Positions 10,640-21,452 of a stretch of 64,000 nt of DNA are shown here, in pieces. The notes under the pieces are model-generated. The model was not told where the DNA came from. It made no database searches and saw only the letters and a list, made by a program, of their open reading frames with translations. Made by a program: the position numbers and the translations under genes. Positions within the stretch are counted from its first letter, which is position 1. Each line of letters begins with the position of its first letter. The DNA comes from Felis catus (lineage: Eukaryota): positions 50,717,815 through 50,781,814 of the forward strand of contig NC_058368.1 in assembly GCF_018350175.1 (NCBI RefSeq), in the 5' to 3' direction.

Positions 10640-11510
10640 GGTCCGCATTCAACAAAAGCAGTAGCCTCTCCGATAGCCCTGCAAGAAAGGGGGGATTTAC
10701 TCTCTGCAGAAACCGTGCCAGAAGGGCTCTGGCTCAGGGACAGCAGGCACAGACGTGGCTGAGAGAGGTTAGATCACACATGCCAAAGAGTGAGTGCTCT
10801 TCACCCATCCGTGAGCTGATGATCTGCTCATCAAGGCAGAAGACTAGGAACCTTCTCTAAGGAAATAAGAAAACTACAGATCTGGGGATCCCTCACTGTT
10901 ACAGCTTTACACACAGCTTTACTGCCTCACTTTCAAGCTGGTCAGGGATCAACAGACATTTGGGGAAAGCTTCTACTCTACTGAGAAGACTCACAAGAAG
11001 ACACCACCAAACACAGTGAAAAGAGGCAATGTCTGAAAGTAAAAGAAACAAAGCAGGAAGGGAAAAAAAAAACTTTAAACAACTAAAATTATTATTCTTA
11101 GAAAAAAATTAAATACGAAATTTATTTCATGAAATAAATATACCATTTCCTTTTTAAAATTTTTTTTAACCTTTATTTATTTTTGAGAGACAGAGACAGA
11201 GCATGAGCAGGGAAGAGTCAGAGAGAGAGGGAGACACAGAATCGGAAGCAGGCTCCAGGCTCTGAGCTGTTAGCACAGAGCCCAACGCAGGGCTCAAACT
11301 CACAAGTTGTGAGATCGTGACCTGAACCGAAGTCAGATACTTGACAGACTATACCACCCAGGTGCCCCAAATATATGCCACTTTCAGGAAAATAGTTCAA
11401 CAGTGTGGAAAGATTACATATAATAAGTGGAAATTAAAAATTTCAAAGATTGAGAAGGTAAAGTTAAGGAAGCCACATAAAGGATAAAAAGACAACGATA
11501 AACAGCAGAA
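10640..11510 (+). mobile_element. Ancient L1ME/HAL1-like 5' UTR-ORF1 fragment split by a SINE
   Basis: A-rich ORF1-like text (GGAAATTAAAAAT..GAAGGTAAAGTTAAGGAA..AAAAAGACAA) and CAGGGATCAACAGACATTTGGGGAAAGC; heavily diverged. Confidence 0.5.
11151..11368 (-). mobile_element. CanSINE (SINEC_Fc-type)
   Basis: Consensus match; decayed TSD AAATATACCATTT / AAATATATGCCACTTT. Confidence 0.96.
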
Positions 11511-12506
11511 CAATAATAAGTATTTTGAACATTGATCGAATTTGCTAATCCAGAGTGGTTACCATTTATTTCTAGCATCCTACCTTTTTTAGTTGCTTTG
11601 GATTTAAGGAGTACCGGCATAGTGGAAAGAAAACAAATATAATCCAGACCAGTATCATCTTTAGGTCACTCAGTCACATGTGATATAGGCTGCTCAAAAG
11701 CTACTTTTGGCTTAAGACATCTCAGGTAGCCCCTCTATGAGCACTGTGTTATACTGGCTTCTGTCATATGCAGCCCCTTCTGAACACAATGTAGTCACCA
11801 CCCACCTTCAGGGAACATTATAGAATTGGTATACAGCAACTTACAACTGATGTCATTCATTCCTTGCCTTCCATTTTGTCCTTCTGAACTCTAGGAATCT
11901 TATGATTCTCATTCTCTTCAAGTCAAGAGGCAAATTTCATAGTCATCCTAAACCCTTGGGTTATTTCTCCCTGACTATGTTAGAAAGCAGAATTATGTAC
12001 ATACTACATGCATACCAGGAAAAAGATGGAAAGTATTCTAAGATGAGGGAAGTGAATAGAAGTTACTCACTAGATGGCTCTGTTTAGTAGATAAGGAAAT
12101 TGTGGGTGTAAAGCTGTAACATTTCTTATTTATGGAGTAGTTATACTTTTCTTTTTTCTAAATGACACGCCCGGAAGAATCATACCTCCCCAGCAAAGGG
12201 TTTGGGACAACTCTCTGAGGAATGGATATATTCCTGTAATCCAAATCCAGCATTTCTAAACGGCTAGCACCAAAGTTGACCATTTGACTCCCTTGCTGTA
12301 TTAATCATTTTCTCTCTGTTGATCCGTTTTTCTCGTAAATGCATTATTCATTATTATATATTAAATACAGTCAAGCAAGTCTTAATTGAGACAATATAAA
12401 TCACAGCGGGTACCTACCTCTGTTTCCCTTATTTCCAAATTGTTGGAGAAACCATCTACATGTGTAAGTGTAAGTTCTCTTTAGCACTTGTAATATTTAT
12501 GCTAAC

Positions 12507-13273
12507 TTGTTCTTTGGTTAGAAATACTAATTATGATTTGTCTAAAGAGGTTTTATCCAGTATAAATTTTCATCCCTCTTAAAAGTTTCAAAAATTAAAA
12601 ATGACATGATGTGACACAATACTTTTAAACTAAAGGCATTGAAAAGGTTTTAATCCTAGAAAGGTTTTAATTTTTACTTATGGACAGGAGAAAAGCCATA
12701 TAGGAATGTTTGCAGAGCAGAAGGTTAGTAGGAGCCTTTATTTTTCTTTCTTAAATTGCAATATTGAATCTGCATTGATTTATCCATGGCATTAGTTTTG
12801 CATGAACATTAAGACTGTATTTTAATCAACTGAGAATGACCCCCATAATCAAATAAAATATTTAAATATTGAGGATCATAGTATAAGCAAGATTTATGGA
12901 GTTTTATGATCTCAACATGCATATCTTAAAAACCTGAGCCTGATCTTTATGCTGTTAAATTCTGCATTACACTTTCTTTCGACTTGAGAGAAACTTGAGA
13001 AAATTTCATAACTTGTTTTTTTCCCCCAATTCATCTCTGTGCCTCATTGAACGACTCCTTCGAAAATTAGAAACTTGGCATTGTTCTTTGTATTTCTGAA
13101 AAGGATTCTCCCTCCCACAATTGTTCTTTGGTTAGAAATGCTGATTATAATTTCTCCAAAGGGGTTCTATTAGATGTATCTTTTCATAGCTTTTAAAAGA
13201 TTCCAAAATAAAAATAACATGATTTGATACAATAATTTTTAAATAAGGGCATTTAAAAAGTTTTACTTGCGGG
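12507..13273 (+). repeat. Diverged direct duplication, ~146-bp copies at 12507-12652 and 13121-13265
   Basis: Hand alignment: 28 mismatches + 1 gap over ~146 nt (~80% identity); first 19 nt identical (TTGTTCTTTGGTTAGAAAT). Confidence 0.9.
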
Positions 13274-13769
13274 ATTTTTGAAGACTGTTAAACTCTTGCC
13301 AGGCGTGTTACTTACTGTGTTCCACGTGGGAGCCGTCAATCACAGTGGAGGCTCATTTCTCCCGAACTTCTCTGTCCACCAACCATTAATATGCCTGATT
13401 TCTTATTTACTTAGTCTACTTTGCACACTGGAACAATCCTCCGCCCCTCTCCCCCACTTCAAGAGCACTATACATTTTATTGACTGAAAACCTGGGACTG
13501 TCTCCTCCAAGGACTCTGCCCAATTTTATGAGATATTAACCACTGAGGTGCAAGAATATAAAGTCCATTAGCTAACTTACAGCCTAGAATTCTGTTACAA
13601 AAGGGTCATTTTGATCTTTTGACTGGAAATCTTAACACTTTGAAATGTATGTGGTTACACTCATCTGTATGTTTATATTCACATGGAACTACAAATACTG
13701 TAAATGTCCTGCAGTAGAGAACTGTTTATGTAGTGTGTTACATTCATGTGTGATGAGCCATTATGAGCC

Positions 13770-14070
13770 ATTAAAATAATGTGAAGGATGAATATTAAAT
13801 GACAGAGAAAGATGTTTGGAATATGGAGTTAAATTTTAAAATAATGCAAGTACTAAAACTATAGGCAAAAGCATCCCATTTTTGTGAAAAGTGATATGAA
13901 TGTGTAGGAATAGTGCGTGTGGCAGAAAAAAAATAATGGGGAATTAAACACTAAAAAAAATTTACAGTGATAAGGGAAAATTTTCTTTTCTTTTTCCTGT
14001 ATGATGTGCTTTCTAATGTTTTTCAACGTGTACATATTAGTTTGTAATAAAATTGGAAAGCAATTTATAA
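13770..14070 (+). mobile_element. Ancient L1ME 3' UTR fragment
   Basis: AATGACAGAGAAAGATGTT..ATCCCATTTTTGTGAAAA..TTTTCTTTTC..TTTGTAATAAAA layout typical of L1ME 3' ends. Confidence 0.55.
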
Positions 14071-15141
14071 CCAAGAGGTTCTGTATGTCTTCATTAGAGG
14101 TTTGCTATTTGCTTGTTTTGCCTTAGGGTAAGAGCAGAGAGGTTTCTGTGTGCAGAGTTTGATAAAGACCTGTCTAAAAATAGTAGGAGTGACAGGCAGA
14201 CCCGAAGATCCTGGAGGGAGTGCTTCAACTCACACAGATGCCTCCTTGTTCTGCATTTCCAAGCGGAGAAGAGTTCAACTACACCGACCGGCAAGCATTC
14301 AGTCTGGTGTTCTTCCCATCATCCGTTACAATGGCCAACTCCCTTTCAGTTGAGGGAACCACTAACTGGGATGACATCTAAACAGGAAAAAGGAAAGGGG
14401 GGGGGGCGGGGGAATAACGGAACTGGAGAGAAGAGCTCCATTGCTACAGACTGGCTCGGCTATTCTCCAGTGGTGGCACAATCTCATCCCTGACAAAAGA
14501 CACAAAATGTTTCCTCCCTCAGGCCGCTTCTCCTGTGCCCTAGGCCCTAGTAAACTTTTACGGTGCCACATGTGTGCCCGTGTAGGGATTCAAGTGTGAC
14601 CACCCAAAGCTTTGTCAGTGTCCAAGTGTCCAAGTCCAAAATATCAAAGTTTCCTGGTGCCACTCTCTGCTTGTGTTAGAAGCACCTCGGTACCAAACCC
14701 AGAGCCCCTACTACACCTGCTTATATCATTGCACTCAAGTGTTTGTAGCTTCCTTTAAGGATGCGTCTGATGCACCTTGGTGTGCCCAATGATGCTTTTC
14801 TCACAACTTTATTCATCATAAGTGTTCAGGAGTTTTGTGTTGGAGGATAGCCAGACAGATATGGATAATGGTTACTTATTCAGTATAAGTTGGTATAAGC
14901 CTTCTCGTAGGCTAAAAGAAGAGAGTATTTTTTATTTGTATTTGAGGTATTGGAGTTGTGCAACACATGACATTCCTTTCTCCAACATATGTTGGGACTT
15001 ACTGAAGGAAGCTAAGAAAATGAATGTAAAGACATGTTGGAGGACCTGGATGGCCGCAAAGAACATCTTAATAAAGCACTCCCAGGCCAGGCAGACTTCT
15101 CACGGGCCTAGTGAGGCAGTTTATGCTAAAGTCTTCTAAAT

Positions 15142-15278
15142 CAGTGATTCTCAAACTTCACTTTGTTTAAGAAACACCTGGAAAGCTTGTTTAAAAATCA
15201 AATTGGCAGGTTCTTATTGCTGAGAGATTCTGCTTCAGTGATCTGGATGGAGCCAGTCTTCTGTCCACTTTGAGATAT
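15142..15278. mobile_element. MER5-type hAT-Charlie MITE remnant
   Basis: Terminus CAGTGATTCTCAAACTT, internal GAGATTCTGCTTCAGTGATCTGG, end CCACTTTGAGA. Confidence 0.7.
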
Positions 15279-15779
15279 GGCTCCAAATTCTATCAGAGAG
15301 CAGAATTGTTATCATAAGGTACCAAACACTGCAGCTGAGCAAACAGTATTCTCTGTCTTCATAGGGTGCGGTTGTCTCTTCTAAGAGCAAAAGCACATGC
15401 AAAATTCAATAAGCAATTTGTAAAAATAAACTAATCATTACTAGTTGGCAGAGATGAATACATAGCCAGCCAGTCAAGTTCAGACTGCTTCTCAAGGAAT
15501 TTTATCATGCTAAGTGGCAGGCAGACTACACTGCTTGGCTGGAAAAGCAAGCATATGCATCAGGACATCCTGGGGGCACAGATGTGTGCTTTGGCTTGAG
15601 AAACACTGAACCCTGTCAGATGCTTTCTCTTATGTGGCCATAATAAGAACACTGTATCCAGACAAATCTAACTGGGCTTTTTTTAGAGAAAAAGAATTTA
15701 TTTTTCATCCTAAAAAAAAATAGCCATCTTATTTAGGAAATACTAGTTAGATGAAAGTAAAGTCTTAATTTCCTCAAGC

Positions 15780-15925
15780 TTCCCAAACGAGAAGGTTGAT
15801 TTAAAAAAAAAAAAAAAACAGAAATTTATTTTCTCACACTTCCTTGGTTGCAAATGCCTAACTCAAATCTCTGCCTTTATTAGTACATAATGTTCTCCCT
15901 GCATCTGTCTTCACATGGCATCAAA
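15780..15925 (-). mobile_element. MLT1 (MaLR) LTR remnant with internal deletion
   Basis: ACAGAAATTTATTTTCTCAC and AATCTCTGCCT..GTCTTCACATGGC. Confidence 0.5.
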
Positions 15926-15940
15926 AAGATTGAATTAAAA

Positions 15941-16152
15941 TTTTTTTTCACGTTTACTTGTTTATTTTGAGAGGAAGAAAGAGTGTGTGTGTAAGCGGGG
16001 AAGTAGGAGAGAGAAGAGAAAGAGAATCCCAAGCAGGCTCTATGCAGTCAGTGCAGAGACTGATATGGGGCTCGATCCCACGGATTGTGAGGTCATGACC
16101 TAGGCCCAAATCAAGAATCGATCTCTTAACTGACTGAGCCACCCAGGTGCCC
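15941..16152 (-). mobile_element. CanSINE
   Basis: Consensus match on the reverse strand. Confidence 0.94.
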
Positions 16153-17286
16153 TACAAAGGCCAAATTTTAGGAAACTAGCTTTTATTGTGTCGAGTTCCT
16201 ATTTTGTACAGGTATGGTTATGATCCACTGAAGAAAATGAAGAGTTAAATAAATATCCCAGTATTCATTGGGACAATCAATTATACTGATTTTAACAAGG
16301 TAGCAATTTGCTGATTTTTTTTTCCCTGTAGACGTTAGTCATGCCATAGTGGCTAACCTTTAAATTAGCTGGCAAATGTTTCCCTTCATAATTATTCCCA
16401 TTAAAGATAAAATGCTGGCTAATTTCAATAGGAGGAAAATGCAATTAGAAAATTAAAAAATTTTTCTCTTCATACTTCCATCAAAAACTCTGTTAGTTCA
16501 ACTAATGTTTTATGCTTTGATCAAAGCTATTAGCAGATGGCTCTATTTTATGAAAGACGAGAGTACATCTAAAGTGCCAACACATTTATGAAATCTAATT
16601 CCAAGTTGCATTAATTAATGCCTATTAATAAGGTATAAATTTTCAGTTAAATGCTTACTTGATCTGTACAAAAATGATTATTAATTTAGACCTTGTCAAT
16701 GCTCTTTTGGTTATGGTAGCAGAAATCCATTTCCAACTAGCAGAAGCAAAAGGAAGTTTGGGGAGAGACAGTGGGGCTATAATTTCATACTGTTTCCTGA
16801 ATTGGCTGGTTTTCTCTACCATGGGTGCTTGGGCACAGCACAATGCTGCTCCTGCCCCCAACATGCCCTCTCAGTTCTAACATCAACCTTAAGTTGTAAC
16901 ACTTCTGTGTTACAAATTCATTTTAATGGCAAAGAGAAGCTTTTGAGTCCACCGGGGGTCAACTGCCTGCTTCATAGTCCAATTGGGACTTCATTAAATG
17001 AAGCTATAGTTTCTCTGGAAAGAGAACTATAGCAGCCATTAGAGACTCTAGCAGCCATTAGAGTTGTCACTAAGTGATAACAATGACCATGTGTCACTCA
17101 GTCTCATGGCTTCAGGATAATCCCACCTGCAGAATCAACAGGTTAGATCATTTCCAAAAATCCCTTTAAATCACTATCTTCAGCACTCTAAATAATGTAT
17201 CTGAAAGAATGTCTTCCAAGTCAATGATAAAGGACATTACAGATGCATGTTATATGGATCCTCTGAGGGCTACCTCAGTTGTTAGC

Positions 17287-17288
<2 letters not shown>

Positions 17289-17315
<27 letters not shown>
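17289..17315 (+). repeat. Poly(A) run
   Basis: Direct reading of the sequence. Confidence 0.95.
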
Positions 17316-17317
<2 letters not shown>

Positions 17318-17495
17318 GAAGGGTAATCATAATCATAATTGGCTTATTTTAATATTTTATTATAACAAACTATTTCATTATTTTTGTATTGAGTGAAAAA
17401 TAATATCAGCTAGCATTTATAACATGCTAATATAACCAAGAACTGTACTGAACATATTTTTGAAACATATCAAATGTGGTTTTTCTTTATCATTT

Positions 17496-17705
17496 TCTTT
17501 GTTTCTTTTTAATGTTTTATTTATTTTTTTGACAGAGAAAGACAGTGTGTGAGCAGGGGAGGGACAGAGAGAGGGAGACACAGAATCTGAAGCAGGCCTT
17601 GAGCTGTCAGCACAGAGCCCAAAGCGGGGTTCGAACCTATGATCTGCAAGGTCATGACCTGAGCTGAAGTCGGACGCTTAACTGACTGAGCCACCTTGGT
17701 ACCCC
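17496..17705 (-). mobile_element. CanSINE inserted in an L1 tail
   Basis: Consensus match; flanks CATTTTCTTT / CATTTTATTT. Confidence 0.95.
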
Positions 17706-18303
17706 ATTTTATTTTTTTCATCATAATAAGTGTACTCTTTAATCCCCATTCTCCATTGCCCCCATCCTTCCACCCACCTCCACTCTGGTAACCTTCATTT
17801 TTTTCTCTATAGTTAAGAGTCTGTTTCTTGGTTTATCTCTCTTTTTTTCCTTTGTTCATTTGTTTTTCTTAAATTCCACATATGAATGAGGTCATGTGGC
17901 ATTTGTCATTCTCTGACTGACTTACTTCACTTAGCTTTATACTCTCTAGTTCTGTCCATGTTGTTGCAAATGACAAGATTACATTCTTTTTATGGCTGAA
18001 TAATATTCTACTTTATATATATATATACAATATCTTTCTTATCTGTTCATCGATCCATAGACACTTAGGCTGCTCCCATAATTTGGCTATAATAAATAAT
18101 GCAGTAATAAACATAGAGGTGCATGTATCCCTTTGAATTAGTGGGGGTAAATACCCAGTAGTGCAATTACTGAATGTAGTTCTATTTTTAATTTCTTGAG
18201 GAACCTCCATACTGTTTTCCACAGTGGCTGCACCAGTTTACATTCCCACCAATAGTGTAAGAGAATTCCTTTCTCTCCACCTCCTCACCAACACTTGTTG
18301 TTT
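17706..18303 (-). mobile_element. Carnivore L1 3' end, 5'-truncated
   Basis: TCATCATAATAAGTGTACTCTTTAATCCCC..TATAGTTAAGAGTCTG; ORF2 C-terminal remnants (CTSMFITALFIIAKLWEQPKC); TSD TGTACTGAACAT 17444-17455 / 18304-18315. Confidence 0.93.
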
Positions 18304-19289
18304 TGTACTGAACATTTTTAAATGTACTAACAAATTTAATTCTCACATTTATATTTAAAGTTGGCATCATTACACTCTTTTGGAGGTAAAGAAATTTTAA
18401 AATTGGGTTCAATAACCCACTCAAAGTCAAACAGCTCTGAAGCAGTACATTTACAAATCAGTTCTGAATCTGAAATTTTTGCCACGCTGTCATCTGCTGG
18501 ACTTTCATTTGACATGAGTTTGCTTCTCTCCAGTGCTTGTGTGGGATACTGGATAAAGGAGCTGCAGATCTGATTTCCAACTGGTTCTCATATACTGTTC
18601 CACCACTCATGTATGACTCTATGACCCAGTGCTACATTTCCAGGGCATATGCAGAAAGGGGAGGAAGTGAACAGGAAATGTCAAGGTACACTGGGATGCT
18701 TTGTGTTTGTGAGACACCAAAGGACGGGTGACAACCTTCAAAAAAGTCACCCCAATGCATTTGACTTTTTGTCTCCCCATCATCTTATTCCACACCCCTT
18801 CATCAAATTATGGATTCTAGTATATTCTATGCTACATACTAATGAGTCATTTTAATTCAGACTGATCCCAGGTGAGCCTGTCTAGTCAATCAAAGGAAAA
18901 ACAGCACAGAATCTTGATAATTCTCTGAAGAAATAACCAGTCCTTGAATTAATAAGAGATGACATGATGCTCATTGGGTTTATTTTTGAATCAGTACCAA
19001 TGGAGGGAAGAAAAATTTCTCAATTCAATACCCTTAGAATACTAACTACTGATATGTAATGCACAATAAATGCATATACCCAATACCATCTTAGAATGGA
19101 ACAAAAAATATTCCACCTGGTTTAACATATCTTATAAAACTGAGAACATGAAAAAGCATGAGTCCCCAGAGAAGCCAACATTAAGGCAGAAATAGGACAG
19201 GAAATAGACATAAGGAATGCAAGACTCTAAGAATGATATCTTCTTCATATATTTCATTTTCTTTGTCATCAGTAAAGTCTTTGTCTTTT

Positions 19290-19400
19290 ATTCATTCATT
19301 CAACAAATATTTATTAACATAGACCACAAAATGTGCTAGGTCCCTGGGAATTCAGGGGTAGAAAAGTTGAAATGGCTGCTTCCTTCATGGAATTTAGATA
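19290..19400 (-). mobile_element. L2 3' end
   Basis: TTCATTCATTCAACAAATATTTATT..TGTGCTAGG..CTTCATGGAATTTA. Confidence 0.7.
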
Positions 19401-19974
19401 CCACATTCTTCATTTCCTATCAAACCCATGGACATTCCTGGTTGACTTGAAGCATACATAACATGCAGCTCATCTTTAGATAGATGTCTCCTTTGCCTTT
19501 GTTTGGTCATTTCGTACCTTCTGTGCCTGTTTTTTGTTTTTTGTTTTTTTAATCTAGAAACCACTCAAGCTGTTCAAGTCTCATTTTCTTGAGAAAATAT
19601 AGAAAAGGGGAAGAGAAGGAAAAAGAAAAAAGGAAAAAGAGAGAAAGCACAGCATTCTCATTCATTCTCTACAGCTCTCCCCTCTGGATTTACAAATGTG
19701 TATTTCGCACTTTCTGTGATGGGAGTGAGATTAGAATGAGTTATTCTAAGAGTTATGTCAGGGTGCGGGGAGAGGAAGCTGTCAGCTTTTCAATACATGT
19801 AAGTGTCCACTTTTGGTGCTTCCTTTAGCTATGAATATGTTTAAGTTCCTTTGGCTATGTATATATGTTTTCTCCCTTCATATCTAGCACTAATCTTCAG
19901 AGTAAGCCTTCATTCCTACAAGCAATTTTCAACTTTTTCTTCTTGAATGCAGCAGTAACATGAATAAAAACCAC

Positions 19975-20097
19975 AAGTAGGGAATTATAGGCATCTGTTG
20001 TCTGTTTGTTCATTACTGCATCCCTGGCACCAAGAAGAGTCCTTTGTACACAGAAAGTGCTCCATAATCTTTACCACAGGAATGAGTGGATGGATTC
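19975..20097 (+). mobile_element. L2 3' end
   Basis: TGTCTGTTTGTTCATTACTGCATCCCTGGCACC..GTGCTCCATAA..GAATGAGTGGATGGAT. Confidence 0.7.
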
Positions 20098-20507
20098 TGG
20101 ATTCATCTACATATAACTAGTGAAACATCCCTTGCTAACCTCCCACTATCTGAATAGCTCTATCAAATCCCCTGGCTCCAACTGATTTTCTATCCCATTT
20201 CTGTTCCTCTGTCTGGTTCCCATGTCTTTTGTTGTTGTTGTTGTTGTGTGTTCCGAGACACATAATATACAAGTTAAAGTACTAGCTGGATTCTTCTGTG
20301 TGTGTTGTATCTATTTAATCTCCAACCTCTACTGATTGGGACCTTTGTGAGGTTTTTGTGGTGGTTTTATTTTTTTTTTTCTATGAAGTTTGTTTGTTTT
20401 TTTTTTTATTCTGCTAGGATTCCCTCTGATTTTCTTCCTCTCTTACTTAGATTCTTCTAATGATATCCCCTTTTAAGCCATTAGCAATTAACCTTTTAAT
20501 GTTAAAG

Positions 20508-20509
<2 letters not shown>

Positions 20510-20550
<41 letters not shown>
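20510..20550. repeat. (TA)n microsatellite
   Basis: Direct reading of the sequence. Confidence 0.98.
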
Positions 20551-20552
<2 letters not shown>

Positions 20553-20669
20553 TAGATTCACAGTAAATCATACCATAGATGTAATACGGAAAATCGAATG
20601 AAGGAGAGTGAGGTTCAAAAATGTTATTTGTTCACTATCAGAGTATGGCAGAATGACACATACATGCAC

Positions 20670-21452
20670 ACATACGTACCGCCTCTTTTTTAATCCATTC
20701 GTCTATCGATGGACACTTGGACTGTTGAATTTGGCTATTGTAAATAATGCTGCAATAAGCATAGGGGTACATATATCCTTGCAAGTTAGTGTTTTCATAT
20801 TCTTTGGGCAAATGTGCAGTAGTGCAATTACTGGTAGTTCTATTTTTAATTTTTTGAGGAACCTCCATACCGTTACCTACAGTGGCTGTCCCAGTTTGCA
20901 TCGCCACCAACGGTACAAGAGGGTTCCTTTTCCTCACCCTCCTCACCAGCACTTGTTGCTTCTTGTTTCCTTTTTTAGACACTCTGACAGCTGTGAGATG
21001 ATATCTCACTGTGCTTTTGATTTGCATTTCCCTGATGATGAGTGATGTTGGGCATTTTTTCGTGTATCTGTTGCCATCTGTACGTCTTCCTTAGAGAAAT
21101 GTCTGTTCATGTCTTCCTCACATTGTTTAACTGGATTACTTCGTTTTTTTGGTGTTGAGTTTTATAAATTCCTCATATATTTTGGATAGTAACCCTTCAT
21201 CAGATATGTCATTTGCAAAAATATCTTCTCCCATTCAGTAGATTGTCTTTTAGTTTTGTTGATAGTTCCTGTTGCTATGCAGAAGTTTTTTATTTTGATG
21301 CAGTTCCAATAGTTTATTTTTGCTTTTGTTTCCCTTGCCTCAGGAGACATGTCTAGAAAAATGCTGTTATGGCCAATGTCAAAGAAATTACTGCCTGTGC
21401 TCTTTTCTAGGATATTTATGGTTTAAGGTCTCACATTTTGTTCCTTAATCAC
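20670..21452 (-). mobile_element. Carnivore L1 ORF2 C-terminal fragment
   Basis: ORFs [15 protein letters not shown] and SPEARETKAKINYWNCIKIKNFC..TKRQSTEWEKIF are L1 ORF2 motifs, frameshifted. Confidence 0.93.

Larger units (their letters stand above)
17405..18490 (-). mobile_element. MIR split by an L1 insertion (pieces ~17405-17455 and ~18304-18490)
   Basis: AGCTAGCATTTAT..ACTGTACTGAACAT | TTTTAAATGTACT..ATTTAATTCTCAC..CAAAGTCAAACAGCT follows the MIR consensus in order. Confidence 0.65.

Noticed and set aside
20608..21350. ORFs of 62-145 aa
   Set aside because: Frameshifted L1 ORF2 remnants and their antisense
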